Assembly: GCA_963828735.1 (NCBI GenBank) | Contig: CAWHFW010000002.1 | Coordinates: forward strand, 768,001-832,000 | Direction of reading: 5' to 3' | Length of the DNA: 64,000 bases | Origin: an uncultured Gemmatimonadales bacterium | Lineage (GTDB): Bacteria > Gemmatimonadota > Gemmatimonadetes > Gemmatimonadales > GWC2-71-9 | Shown here: piece after piece, positions 17,088 to 29,955 of the stretch | Layout: each line of letters begins with the position of its first letter | How positions within the stretch are numbered: the first letter of the stretch is position 1 | Translations under genes and position numbers: made by a program | Notes under the pieces: generated by a model | What the model saw: the letters and a program-made list of their open reading frames with translations, nothing else | Databases searched by the model: none | Told to the model about the DNA's origin: nothing

Positions 17088-18857
17088 ATGCAGCCGCCGC
17101 GTCCCTGCCTCGCCGTTCGATCCCTGGAATTCGTCCGCCCGTACGCCCGGCCGCTCGTCGTCGTGCTGGCGCTCGCACTGATCCTCGCCGCGCTGAGCGC
17201 GGTGGACCCCCTCATCATGAAGTACCTCATCGACCTGCTGAGCCAACCGAACGGGGCCCACGCGTTCGCCGTTGCCATGGTCCTCCTGATCGTCCTCGAG
17301 CTGGTCCGCGCAGCGATCCAGTGGTGGCTCGGCGTGGTGAGCTGGGACGTGCGGCTCGGTGTCGAGTACACGGTGCGCGAGCGGGTGGTCAGCAAGCTGA
17401 ACAGCCTGCCACTGGCCTATCACCAGCGGGAGGCCGTGGGTGGCACGATCAACCGCATGAACCAGGGCATCAACGGGTATGTCGCGGCGTTCAGCGATCT
17501 CGCGTTCAATCTGTTGCCTACCACCCTGTACCTGGTGCTCTCGATCCTGGCGATGTACCGATTGGACTGGCGTCTCGCGACCGCGGTCATCGCGTTCACG
17601 CCGCTCCCCGCCCTCATCGGCGCCCGGGCCGCCCCCGAGCAGATCCAGCGCGAGCGTCGACTCGTCGAGCGGTGGAGCTCCATCTACGGCCGGTTCAACG
17701 AGGTCCTGGCCGGGATGATGACGGTGAAGGTCTTCGACATGGAGGAGGCGGAGAAGGAGCGCTTCCTCGACGGCGTCCGGGAGGGAAACGAGGTGGTTCG
17801 GCGCGGCGTCCGGACGGACACGCGAAATGGAGCGATCCGCGGCCTCGGGGCCACGGCGGCTCGGCTCGCGGCGCTCGCGCTTGGCGGGTATTTCGTGTTT
17901 CAGGGTCAGATCGGGCTCGGCACCCTGGTCGCTTTCCTCGGCTACATCGGCGGGCTGTTCGGGCCGGTCCAGGGCGTCACCAACACCTACCAGACCTTCC
18001 GCCGCGCGACGGTATCGCTCGAAAGCATCTACGGCATTCTCGACGTCGAGGACTCGGTCGGCGACCAGCCGAATGCCAGGCAGGTCCCCCCGCTCCGAGG
18101 CGAGGTGCAGTTCCGGCAGGTCGGCTTCGCGTATCAGGCGGGCTCGCCCGTGCTCCGAGGGATAGATCTCGAGGTGCGCCCGGGCGAAACGGTGGCGCTC
18201 GTCGGGCCGAGCGGGAGCGGCAAGACGACGCTCGTCACCCTCCTGCAGCGGCTCCATCCGGTCTCGAGCGGCAGCATCCTGATCGACGGCATCGATGTCC
18301 GCGCCATGACCCAGCGCTCGCTGCGGAACCAGATCGGCGTGGTGTTTCAGGACCCGCACCTGTTCAACGACACGGTGCGCGCCAACATCGCGTACGGGCG
18401 CCCGAACGCGACGGCGCACCAGATCGAAGCGGCCGCGCGGGCCGCGCAGGCCCACGACTTCATCATGGCGCTGCCGGACGGGTACGACACGATCGTGCGC
18501 GAGCGCGGCAGCCGGCTTTCGGGCGGCCAGCGCCAGCGGATCGCGATCGCCCGCGCACTGCTCAAGGACCCACCCATCTTGATTCTCGACGAGGCCACGG
18601 CGGCGCTCGATGCCGAGTCGGAGTACCTGATTCAGCTCGCCCTCAGGCGGCTGCTCCACGGGCGCACCGCACTGGTGATCGCCCACCGGCTGTCGACGGT
18701 TCGGGAGGCGGATCGGATCGTGGTGGTTGATGGCGGGGTCATTACGGAGACGGGGACGCACGAGGAGCTGTGTGCGCGGGCGGGCTACTATGCCTCGGTA
18801 GTGCAGCGGCAGCGGCTCGGGTTCCTGGCGGAGCCGGAGGCCGGGAAGGCGGCGTAA
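17088..18857 (+). CDS. ABC exporter, fused permease and ATPase (MsbA/Sav1866-like)
   Basis: TM domain; [35 protein letters not shown]. Confidence 0.95.
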   Translation: MQPPRPCLAVRSLEFVRPYARPLVVVLALALILAALSAVDPLIMKYLIDLLSQPNGAHAFAVAMVLLIVLELVRAAIQWWLGVVSWDVRLGVEYTVRERVVSKLNSLPLAYHQREAVGGTINRMNQGINGYVAAFSDLAFNLLPTTLYLVLSILAMYRLDWRLATAVIAFTPLPALIGARAAPEQIQRERRLVERWSSIYGRFNEVLAGMMTVKVFDMEEAEKERFLDGVREGNEVVRRGVRTDTRNGAIRGLGATAARLAALALGGYFVFQGQIGLGTLVAFLGYIGGLFGPVQGVTNTYQTFRRATVSLESIYGILDVEDSVGDQPNARQVPPLRGEVQFRQVGFAYQAGSPVLRGIDLEVRPGETVALVGPSGSGKTTLVTLLQRLHPVSSGSILIDGIDVRAMTQRSLRNQIGVVFQDPHLFNDTVRANIAYGRPNATAHQIEAAARAAQAHDFIMALPDGYDTIVRERGSRLSGGQRQRIAIARALLKDPPILILDEATAALDAESEYLIQLALRRLLHGRTALVIAHRLSTVREADRIVVVDGGVITETGTHEELCARAGYYASVVQRQRLGFLAEPEAGKAA

Positions 18858-18909
18858 CCGGACTGACCAAGCGAAGGTGCCGTCGTCCCGAGGGCCGGCC
18901 CAATCCTCC

Positions 18910-19443
18910 CTACATCTCCTCCTCGAACGCCGTGAAGGGCGGGACGTTGGCCAGCCAGAACCCGGCCAGTCCGCCCTGCTGATCCACCTCGACGTAGAAG
19001 TTGTCGGCCACCCTCACGACCTCGACTGCCCGCCGGGGGCCGATCCGCAGATGGAACAGACTCTCGGCGCCGTTGGTCTCGACCGACAGCGTGGTATCCA
19101 CCTCCATCGAGGCCACGCCGGGACGGGACGGCCGCGACGGCAGCACCACGCGGCCGTCGGTGAGCCGTACGGGGATCTGCAGGCTCGAGCTGGTGGTGAC
19201 CTCAGGCCACACCACCACGTCCAATCCGCAGATCACGCCGTTGTTCACGTCCAGCACCGCGACCGAGCCCTCGGCGTCGGTCAGCTCCACGGTGCCCGTC
19301 AGGCCACCGCTCTTTCGGTTGCCCTTGAAGGCACCCGACAGGATGTCGGTCTCCGGATCCCATCGCCATGCGATCGACGGCAGGCCTCCCGTCAGCGGCT
19401 CGACTCGCGCCTCGACGTTCACCGTGGCGACCTCAGGCCGCAC
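18910..19443 (-). CDS. Hypothetical protein (beta-rich, possibly two related halves)
   Basis: Overlaps the aminotransferase stop; typical codon usage; halves end in LDVNNGVICGLDV and VEVDQQGGLAGFWL. Confidence 0.7.
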   Translation of the reverse strand: MRPEVATVNVEARVEPLTGGLPSIAWRWDPETDILSGAFKGNRKSGGLTGTVELTDAEGSVAVLDVNNGVICGLDVVVWPEVTTSSSLQIPVRLTDGRVVLPSRPSRPGVASMEVDTTLSVETNGAESLFHLRIGPRRAVEVVRVADNFYVEVDQQGGLAGFWLANVPPFTAFEEEM

Positions 19444-20644
19444 GCGCGGACGCGAGCCGATGGATCAGTCCGAAGATCTTGTCCAAGGCCCTCTCCAGTT
19501 CGGCGTCCGAGACGGCGTAGCTCAAGCGCACCCAGCGATCGTCGGCGAACGCCCCGCCCGGCACCAGGGCGACGCCCTCCTGCTTCATGAGCTGCTCGCA
19601 GAAGGCGCTGCCGGTCAGCGGCTCCTTCTCGCGGATGCCGTCCACCCGGAAGAAGAAATAGAAGGCGCCGTGGGGCTCCACGAACTCGATCCCGGGAGCC
19701 TCGCGGCGAAACCGCTCCACCAGCATGTCCCGCCTTTGGCGGAAGGCGGCCACCATCCTGGTGACCTCCGCGTCCACCTTGTCGTCGGAGAAGGCGGTCG
19801 CGGCAGCCCACATCGCGGGCTGGTTGGCGCCCGTGGTCGTGTGAGACTGGAGTGCAGCCATCGCCTTGGTGAGGTGGGGCGGCGCGAGCGCCGCGCCGAT
19901 CCGCCACCCCGTCATCGCGTACGCCTTGCTCGCGCCGTAGATGATCACCGTGCGCTCGAGCAGGTCGTCCGGCAGGTCCAGCAGCGAGGGCGCCGGACCG
20001 GGCCCGTAATTGATGCGCCGATAGATCTCGTCCGAAATGATCCAGACGTCATTCGCCTTGGCCCACTCGGCGATCGACCGGAGCTCGGCGAGGGTGTACA
20101 CGGCCCCCGTCGGGTTGCACGGCGAGCAGAGGATGAGGCCGCGGGTCAGCTTGTTGCTGGCCCGGTCCAGATCCCGGGCGCTTACCTTGAGACCCCACTC
20201 GAGGTCTCCCGGCACCAGCACCGGCTCGGCCCGCGAGAGATGCACGATCTGCGGATAGGAGACCCAGGCCGGCGCGGGAATCAGCACGCGATCCTTCGGC
20301 CCGAACAACGTGAAGCACGCGTTGAAGATCGACTGCTTCGATCCCGAGCTGACGGTGATCTGGTCGGGGTCGACCGGCCGCCCACCCGACATCCGGCTCA
20401 TGTTCTGCGCGATCGCCTTCCGCAGCTCCGGAATGCCGACATTGGGAGGATAGCGCGTCAGGCCCTTCTGGATGGCCTGAATGCCCGCCTGCGCGCCCGC
20501 CGCCGGCGTATCGAAGTCGGGCTCGCCGACGCCGAGATCGAGGACGTCCTCGCCTGCCGCCTTGCGCCGCTTCGCCTCGTTGCTGATGGCGACGGTTTCC
20601 GAGGCCTTGAGGTGCTGGACGTTCAGCGAAAGCGGGTCGGGCAT
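19433..20644 (-). CDS. PLP-dependent class I/II (aspartate-type) aminotransferase
   Basis: LGVGEPDFDTP, SPCNPTG, ISDEIY, SKAYAMTGWRIG (PLP lysine), VRLSYA. Confidence 0.95.
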   Translation of the reverse strand: MPDPLSLNVQHLKASETVAISNEAKRRKAAGEDVLDLGVGEPDFDTPAAGAQAGIQAIQKGLTRYPPNVGIPELRKAIAQNMSRMSGGRPVDPDQITVSSGSKQSIFNACFTLFGPKDRVLIPAPAWVSYPQIVHLSRAEPVLVPGDLEWGLKVSARDLDRASNKLTRGLILCSPCNPTGAVYTLAELRSIAEWAKANDVWIISDEIYRRINYGPGPAPSLLDLPDDLLERTVIIYGASKAYAMTGWRIGAALAPPHLTKAMAALQSHTTTGANQPAMWAAATAFSDDKVDAEVTRMVAAFRQRRDMLVERFRREAPGIEFVEPHGAFYFFFRVDGIREKEPLTGSAFCEQLMKQEGVALVPGGAFADDRWVRLSYAVSDAELERALDKIFGLIHRLASARAA

Positions 20645-20850
20645 GCACGAAATCCGGAGATGAGAGAGTCGATGGAAGGTCGGGGGAAAGGTCAGGCCCC
20701 GGAAGGGCGATGTCAACCGGGCGCCGGGCCCGGACGATGACCGCGGCGCGGAGGCGCAACGTCGCCTTGCGAATCCGAGTCGGCATTGCCGGTGATGCTG
20801 CGCGCTCTTAGCTTGGCGGGGCCGTATCCACCCATCCCGCCGAGGCACGT

Positions 20851-22302
20851 GTGACCGCTCTGGAGGACCTGCACCTCACCCCGCCGATCGCCGACGCCCT
20901 CGCCCGCCTCGGCTGGAGCGTGGACGACGCGCGGCTGCGCGAGGCGGCCCCGACGGCGGCCCGCGGTCACAATCTCGTCCTCGTCGTCCCTCCGTCGCCG
21001 GCGGCGGCAGCGCCGGCCCTGGCGGGCATGCTCACCCGGCTCGGAGAGGGCCACGGCGGCCTGGTGCTGGCGCCGGCCAGCCAGCTGGACGAATGGGGCC
21101 GTGTCGCTCGCCAGGTCGCGGGCGCGTCCGCGCTGCGGATCCACGTTGCCCGCGGCACGTCACGCGCCACACGACGCCTGCGGGACGATGCCGTCGACCT
21201 GCTGATCGCGACACCCGAGACCGCTCTCGCGCTCCAGCGGCGCGCCGCGCTGCACGCGGACGCGCTCGCCGCCGTGCTCCTGGCCTGGCCGGAAGCGTGG
21301 GAGGACGAAGAGGCGGTGGGTCCGCTGATGCAGGACATGAAGGAGGTGCAGCGGATCGTCGTCACGTCCGCGCCCGAGCGAGCGACAGCCCTGGTGGAGC
21401 GCTATGCCCGCCGCGCCCTGACCCTGGGCGCCGACGCGCTGCACGCCGAGCCAGTCGGTCCCGTACGAACCGTTACGGTCCCATGGAGTCGCCGCATCGC
21501 CGCCCTCGCCGATCTGGTCGAGCTGCTGGATCCGACGTCGCTCGTGATCTGGACCGCGGACCGCGGCCTCCACGACGCGATCACCGCCGTCGTCGGCCTG
21601 GACGAACGCGACGCGAGCGTGGTGACCGGCGACGCGCCGGCGGCAGGCACCATCATCGCCTTCGATCTGCCCGACGCGCCGAGGCTCGCGCAGCTCGTGG
21701 GCGCGGGCGAGCTCGTGCTTCTGGTGCCGCCCGGTGCCGAGGGATACCTCGAGCGGCTCGCCACACCGCGTCGCCCGCTTCGCCTGCCGGGCGCGCTCGA
21801 GGCCGCCACGACCGCGGCCGCGGCGCGCCGGGCGGCCATCGTCCGGGCCATCGAGACGGGCACACCCGACCGCGCGCTCCTGACCCTGGCGCCGCTCTTC
21901 GAGCGGCACGACCCCGCCGCGGTGGCGGCGGCGCTGTACGAGCTCTGGACGAGCGCAGCCGGGGCGGCGGGGCCGGCAGCGTTACCGGACATCCCGGCCA
22001 CGGCCCGGATCTACGTCGGTGTGGGGAAGAAGGACGGAGCGACGGTCAACGATCTCGTCGCCGTGCTGACCAAGGATATCCGCGTGGAGCGCGGGAAGAT
22101 CGGACGGGTCGAGCTGCGCGACGCGTTCTCGCTGGTCGAGCTCCCGGCCCAGGACGCCGAGCGGGTCGCGACTGCGCTCAACGGGACGACGATCCGGCGG
22201 CGGCGGGTGACGGCGCGGGTGGACCGCGGCGGGTCATCGCGCGGGCCCACGCCGCGCCCTGGAGCGCCGCGCCGCGGGGGCCGACCGCCGGAGAAGCGCT
22301 AG
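20851..22302 (+). CDS. DEAD-box-derived protein with degenerate helicase motifs and a C-terminal DbpA/DeaD RNA-binding domain
   Basis: N-terminus [27 protein letters not shown]-terminus [32 protein letters not shown]. Confidence 0.75.
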   Translation: MTALEDLHLTPPIADALARLGWSVDDARLREAAPTAARGHNLVLVVPPSPAAAAPALAGMLTRLGEGHGGLVLAPASQLDEWGRVARQVAGASALRIHVARGTSRATRRLRDDAVDLLIATPETALALQRRAALHADALAAVLLAWPEAWEDEEAVGPLMQDMKEVQRIVVTSAPERATALVERYARRALTLGADALHAEPVGPVRTVTVPWSRRIAALADLVELLDPTSLVIWTADRGLHDAITAVVGLDERDASVVTGDAPAAGTIIAFDLPDAPRLAQLVGAGELVLLVPPGAEGYLERLATPRRPLRLPGALEAATTAAAARRAAIVRAIETGTPDRALLTLAPLFERHDPAAVAAALYELWTSAAGAAGPAALPDIPATARIYVGVGKKDGATVNDLVAVLTKDIRVERGKIGRVELRDAFSLVELPAQDAERVATALNGTTIRRRRVTARVDRGGSSRGPTPRPGAPRRGGRPPEKR

Positions 22303-22589
22303 CGCTTCCGGTTGACCAGCTCCTTCAGAACCCGACCGGCGCGAAACGCCGGCACCATCGACGCCTTGATCGTGATGCTCTTGCCGGTGCGCGGATTGCG
22401 CCCCTCGCGCGCCGCCCGCTTGCGGAGCTCGAAGTTCCCGAAGCCGCTGATCGCCACCTTCCCGCCGCGCTTGAGCTCGGCCGCGATCACTCCGTCCGCC
22501 GCGAAGAAGAGCTCGGTGATTTCGGCCGCCCGCGTGCGCGTCACGTCGAGCCGCTTGGCCACGACGCCGATCAACTCCTGCTTGTTCAC
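22299..22589 (-). CDS. hup: DNA-binding protein HU
   Basis: GTG after AAGGAG; MNKQELI...ISGFGNF...REGRNPRTG...PAFRAG. Confidence 0.95.
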   Translation of the reverse strand: MNKQELIGVVAKRLDVTRTRAAEITELFFAADGVIAAELKRGGKVAISGFGNFELRKRAAREGRNPRTGKSITIKASMVPAFRAGRVLKELVNRKR

Positions 22590-22709
22590 GGGCTCTCCTT
22601 GAGGGCGGGCGACGAATATCGCCGCGCGTGCGAACGCGCCGCAAGACCGCTGGCGCCGCGGCGGCGGCCCTCTAGATTGCGTCCTCGCCCCGACGAATGG
22701 AGATCCTGG

Positions 22710-23315
22710 ATGTACTACGGCTCGCACCCCGGCTGGATCGAGGTGATCAGCGGCGTCATGTTCGCCGGCAAGAGCGAGGAGTTGATCCGGCGGGTCCGGC
22801 GGGGGATCATTGCGCGCCGGCGGGTGCAGGTCTTCAAATCCCATCTCGACGCCCGTTACACGGGCCTCTACTCGGTCTCCAGCCACGACGGCACCGAGCT
22901 GGACGCGTCGCCGGTCGACTCGGCCGCCGAGATCTTCCGCCTGGTACGGCCCGAGTCGCAGCTCGTCGCCATCGACGAGGCCCAGTTTCTGGATCCGGAC
23001 ATCGTCATCGTCGCCACGACGCTCGCGAGCCGCGGCGTGCGCGTGATCCTGGCCGGCACGGACACCGATTTCCGCGGCGAGCCGTTCGGCTCGATGGGCG
23101 AGCTCATGGCCATCGCGGAAGTCGTCGACAAGCTGCAGGCCATCTGCGTCGTCTGTGGCGATCCGGCCTGCCGGAATCAGCGCCTCCTCAACGGGAAACC
23201 GGCGCGCTACGACTCTCCGACCATCATGGTGGGCGGCCGCGAGAGCTACGAGGCGCGCTGCCGACACTGCCACCAGGTACCTCGGCGGGACGAGGACCAG
23301 ACGGCGCTCCTCTAG
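22710..23315 (+). CDS. tdk: Thymidine kinase
   Basis: [32 protein letters not shown], Zn ligands CVVC and CRHC. Confidence 0.95.
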   Translation: MYYGSHPGWIEVISGVMFAGKSEELIRRVRRGIIARRRVQVFKSHLDARYTGLYSVSSHDGTELDASPVDSAAEIFRLVRPESQLVAIDEAQFLDPDIVIVATTLASRGVRVILAGTDTDFRGEPFGSMGELMAIAEVVDKLQAICVVCGDPACRNQRLLNGKPARYDSPTIMVGGRESYEARCRHCHQVPRRDEDQTALL

Positions 23316-23325
23316 CCTGCCGACG

Positions 23326-23940
23326 ATGCTCAACGTCGCGCTCACGGGCAACATCGCCGCCGGGAAATCCACGGTGGCCGAGCTGTTTGAGCGCTGGGGG
23401 GCGACGCTCATCGACGCCGACCGCCTGGTCCGCGAGGCGCAGGCCCCGGGCACCGCGGTGCTGCGCGCGATCGCCGACCGCTTCGGGCCGGGCGTGCTCG
23501 ACCGCTCGGGCGCGCTCGACCGACCGGTCCTCCGCCGGCTGGTCATGGCCGATCCGGCCGCCCTCGCCGACCTCAACCGGATCGTGCACCCGGACGTGCT
23601 TCGGCGCCGGGCGGCGCTCGAAGCGGAAGCCCGCGCGCGGGGCGACCGGGTCGTGGTGAGCGACATCCCGCTGCTGTTCGAGGCGGGGGACCCCGCCGCG
23701 TTCGACGCCGTCGTGCTGGTGGACGCTCCCGTCGAGGTTCGGCGGGCGCGGCTCCTGACCGAGCGCGGCCTCGCCGCCGAGGACGCCGATCGCATGCTCG
23801 CGGCGCAGGCCCCGAGCGTCCCCAAGCGCGCGCGGAGCACCCACGTGATCGACAACGACGGCGACCGCACGGCGCTCGAGGCGCGAGCACGCGAGGTGTG
23901 GATGCAGCTCGTCGCGCTCGCGTCGCGCGGCGACGCTTGA
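23326..23940 (+). CDS. coaE: Dephospho-CoA kinase
   Basis: LTGNIAAGKST, IDAD, LNRIVHP, DIPLLFE. Confidence 0.95.
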   Translation: MLNVALTGNIAAGKSTVAELFERWGATLIDADRLVREAQAPGTAVLRAIADRFGPGVLDRSGALDRPVLRRLVMADPAALADLNRIVHPDVLRRRAALEAEARARGDRVVVSDIPLLFEAGDPAAFDAVVLVDAPVEVRRARLLTERGLAAEDADRMLAAQAPSVPKRARSTHVIDNDGDRTALEARAREVWMQLVALASRGDA

Positions 23941-23965
23941 CCTCGCTTCCTCGCCCGCCTATCCT
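23937..23965 (+). promoter_or_regulatory. Putative sigma70 promoter of gcvH
   Basis: TTGACC-N17-TATCCT, ending 32 nt before the gcvH start. Confidence 0.6.
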
Positions 23966-23997
23966 CCCACGCGCGTCCTCGAGCACACGAGTCTTCC

Positions 23998-24387
23998 GTG
24001 TCGAACGTCCCTGACGACCTGCAGTACACCGCCGAGCACGAGTACGTCGCCCGTACGAGCGATCCCGCGGTCGTGCGCGTGGGCATCACCGACTACGCGC
24101 AGGGCGAGCTCGGCGACGTCGTGTTCGTCAACCTGCCGAAGCCCGGCCAGCAGCTGGGCGCCCACGAGTCGTTCGGGACGATCGAGGCCGTGAAGGCGGT
24201 CTCCGAGCTGTACAGCCCGGTGCCCGGCGAGGTCGTGGAGGTGAACGGCACCCTCGACGGCGACCCGGCGGTGGTCAACCGCGATCCCTACGGCGATGGC
24301 TGGATGGTGGCCCTGCGGGTCACGGATGCGAGCTCGCTGGCGGGACTGCTCTCGCCCTCCGCGTACCGGGCGCACATCGGAGAGTGA
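23998..24387 (+). CDS. gcvH: Glycine cleavage system H protein
   Basis: GITDYAQGELGDVVFV, lipoyl-lysine motif IEAVKAVSELYSP, VNRDPYGDGW. Confidence 0.97.
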   Translation: MSNVPDDLQYTAEHEYVARTSDPAVVRVGITDYAQGELGDVVFVNLPKPGQQLGAHESFGTIEAVKAVSELYSPVPGEVVEVNGTLDGDPAVVNRDPYGDGWMVALRVTDASSLAGLLSPSAYRAHIGE

Positions 24388-24434
24388 TCGCCGTGAGCAG
24401 GAACAACCCCTGTGACAGCCGAAGTCTGAACGAT

Positions 24435-24464
24435 GCCCCGAGCGCGTGGTCTCGGGGCTTTTTT
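24435..24464 (+). terminator. Intrinsic terminator between gcvH and gcvP
   Basis: 8-bp stem GCCCCGAG/CTCGGGGC, 8-nt loop, TTTTTT tail. Confidence 0.8.
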
Positions 24465-24520
24465 GTGTCCCGCCCGACCGCCGTGCCGTCCACGTTTACC
24501 CGCTGGAGCGCGATGCACCG

Positions 24521-27420
<2,900 letters not shown>

Positions 27421-27424
<4 letters not shown>

Positions 27425-28230
27425 GGCCGGCGCCCACCACTGCAGGACTGCTCCAGCCCTATCTGGTCTGGTCCGACCCCGTGCCCCGGCCCGGGTGGCT
27501 GAACATGGCCATCGACTCGACCCTGCTCGAGCGGGCCGAGGCGGGGGAGCGGTGGCTCCGGCTCTACGCGTGGGAGCCGACGCTCTCGTTCGGACGCCAC
27601 GAGCCGGCCGCTCGTCGGTACGATGCCGGGTGCATCGAGACGATGGGACTCGCCGTCGTCCGGCGACCGACCGGAGGACGTGCGGTGTGGCACGCCGGCG
27701 AGCTCACCTATGCCGTGGCCGCGCCCGCCGAGGAGCTCGGCTCGCTCCGTGACGCCTACATCGCGATCCATCTCGTCCTGCGGGACGCCATTCGACGGCT
27801 CGGCGCCCGGGCGGAGCTCGCGCCGCTCGGCCGCGCGCGGGGCGTGGATGCCGGCGCCTGTTTCGCGAGTCCAGCCGGCGGCGAGGTGATGGTGATGGGC
27901 CGGAAGGCCGTCGGAAGCGCGCAGCTGCGGCGCGGCGCGGCGCTGCTCCAGCACGGCAGCATCCTGCTGGAAGACGACCAGGCCATCGTCGGGCAGGTGA
28001 CGCGAGGCGAGGCGCCGGCCGACCTGTCGCTCCCGCTCCGCCGCGCGCTGGGCCGCATCGTTCCCTGGGCCGAGGCCGCGAGCGCAGTGACCGCCGCGGC
28101 CGCGGACGCCTGGGGTGCGGGATCGCGGCCAGGCCGCGACGAGGAAGCCGCGGTCCTCGCGCGCGCCACAGATTCGAGCGAGCGCTTCCGCGCTCCTGCC
28201 TGGACCTGGTCAGGCGCCCCCGGCGGCTGA
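27421..28230 (+). CDS. Lipoate-protein ligase family (LipM-like octanoyltransferase)
   Basis: [41 protein letters not shown] overlap with gcvP. Confidence 0.85.
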
Positions 28231-28255
28231 CGCCGCCGGCCCACCCTGCTACATT
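28227..28255 (+). promoter_or_regulatory. Putative sigma70 promoter of the peptide ABC operon
   Basis: CTGACG-N17-TACATT with extended -10 TG. Confidence 0.5.
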
Positions 28256-28293
28256 TTCGGCATCCCCTCCGCATCGCTCACATCGGAGCTGCC

Positions 28294-29955
28294 GTGACGT
28301 GCTGGACGCTCAGAGCCTGGCTCGGCGCTGGCCTCGCCGCGACCGTGTCGGTCGTCAACCCGCCGCGCGTGTACGCGCAGGCGTCGACCGCCCCGACCAG
28401 CGTCGTGATCGTGACCGGTGGTGAGGCATCGGTCCCGGTACCGACCCTCATGGAGGGGCCGCAGGCCTCCGTCGCCAACAGCGACATCGCCGACCAGCTC
28501 TTTCTGCATCTCGCCGAGCTGGGCCCGACCCTGATCACCTCGGGCGACCGCGCCTTCGAGCCTCGCCTGGCCCGGAGCTGGACCCGGCGCGACTCGGTGA
28601 CGCTGGCCTTCGATCTCGATCCGCGCGCCACCTGGCAGGACGGCGTCCCCGTCACCGCGAACGACGTCGTTTTCACGTTCGACCGCGCGCGCGACCCCGC
28701 CGTGGCGCCGAGGCTCTCGCAGCTGCTGCGGAACATCGTCTCGGTCGCCGCCGAAGGCGAGCGCCGCGTCGTGTTCCGCTACTCGCGGCCGTACGGGGAG
28801 CAGCTCTACGACGCCGTGTTTCACGTGGCGCCGATTCCCGCCCACCTGCTCGCGAAGATCCCGCCGGATTCGCTCGCGCGCTCGCCGTTCGTCCAGGCCC
28901 CGGTCGGCAGCGGCCCGTATCGGTGGGTTCGGCGCGTTCCGGGCGAATTCATCGAGCTCGCCGCGAACGAGCGGTTCTTCCTGGGCGCGCCGGCCATCCA
29001 GCGCGTCATCTACCGGCTAGCGACCGATGCCGACGCTCGACTCAATCTCGTCCTCAGCGGCGAGGCGGACGTGATGGACAACATTCCGCCGCCGCGGACG
29101 AACGTGGACCGCGTCACGGCGAGGCCGAACCTGCGCGTGGTCACCTTCCCTTCACCAGTCCTCGGCTTCCTGCTCTTCAACCAGCGGGACCCGCACGACC
29201 GCGATCGGCCACACCCCATCCTGAGCGATCTCGACGTTCGGCGGGCGATCGGCCTCGCACTCGACCGGCGGGCGATGGTGCGGGCCACGTTCGGCAGCGC
29301 GGCGGAGGTACCGTTCGGCCCGGCCTCTTCGCTCCTCTGGATCCGTCACGGGGCCCCCTCACCCGCCGCGGCCAATGTCGGCGAGGCGCGCCGGCTGCTC
29401 GCCGCGCGTGGCTGGTCGGATCACGACGGCGACGGCACCGTCGATCGCGCCGGCAGGCCCCTGGCCCTCACCCTCATTCTTCCGACCACCAGCGCGATCC
29501 GGCAGCAGATCGCCCTGCAGGTGCAGGAGCAGCTCCGACAGGTCGGCATCCGGATCGACCTCGAGCGCATGGACTACCCGCTCTGGAACGAGCGCCGCAC
29601 CGCGGGGCGCTTCGACGTGGACTTCGCGGCGACGAGCCAGGATCCGTCGCCGACGGGCCTGTCACAGGGCTGGTCGTGCAGCGGCGGCACGAACGTGGGC
29701 CGCTACTGCGATCCCGCGGTGGACTCGCTGATGGACGCCGCCGCCCGCACCATGGACGGCGCGGCCAAGCCGTGGCAGGCGGTGCTGCGCCGCATCGAGG
29801 CGGACGCGCCGGCCGTGTTCATGTACTCCCTCACCTATCTCGCGGCTGTGGACCGCCGGTTCGGCAACGTCCGGATCCGTCCCGAGTCGCTCTGGCTCGG
29901 CCTGCGGGAGTGGACGGTGACCGGCACTCCAACCGGCCGGCCCGCGGGCTACTGA
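28294..29955 (+). CDS. Peptide/nickel ABC transporter substrate-binding protein (family 5)
   Basis: Signal peptide; PRLARSW, WQDGVPVTANDVVFTF, PVGSGPY, VRRAIGLALDR. Confidence 0.93.
   Translation: MTCWTLRAWLGAGLAATVSVVNPPRVYAQASTAPTSVVIVTGGEASVPVPTLMEGPQASVANSDIADQLFLHLAELGPTLITSGDRAFEPRLARSWTRRDSVTLAFDLDPRATWQDGVPVTANDVVFTFDRARDPAVAPRLSQLLRNIVSVAAEGERRVVFRYSRPYGEQLYDAVFHVAPIPAHLLAKIPPDSLARSPFVQAPVGSGPYRWVRRVPGEFIELAANERFFLGAPAIQRVIYRLATDADARLNLVLSGEADVMDNIPPPRTNVDRVTARPNLRVVTFPSPVLGFLLFNQRDPHDRDRPHPILSDLDVRRAIGLALDRRAMVRATFGSAAEVPFGPASSLLWIRHGAPSPAAANVGEARRLLAARGWSDHDGDGTVDRAGRPLALTLILPTTSAIRQQIALQVQEQLRQVGIRIDLERMDYPLWNERRTAGRFDVDFAATSQDPSPTGLSQGWSCSGGTNVGRYCDPAVDSLMDAAARTMDGAAKPWQAVLRRIEADAPAVFMYSLTYLAAVDRRFGNVRIRPESLWLGLREWTVTGTPTGRPAGY

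Noticed and set aside
16857..18761. Long antisense ORFs (also 4918-6729, 22590-24089, 24320-27334, 30882-32504, 32219-34135, 42886-44640, 48091-50703, 54689-56788)
   Set aside because: Shadow ORFs opposite well-supported genes, expected at high GC; no family motifs
24379..24464. Glycine riboswitch (GGAGAG...GCCGAAG) before gcvP
   Set aside because: GGAGAG is the last two gcvH codons and the conserved GCAA and CTCTCAGG elements are absent; only the terminator is supported
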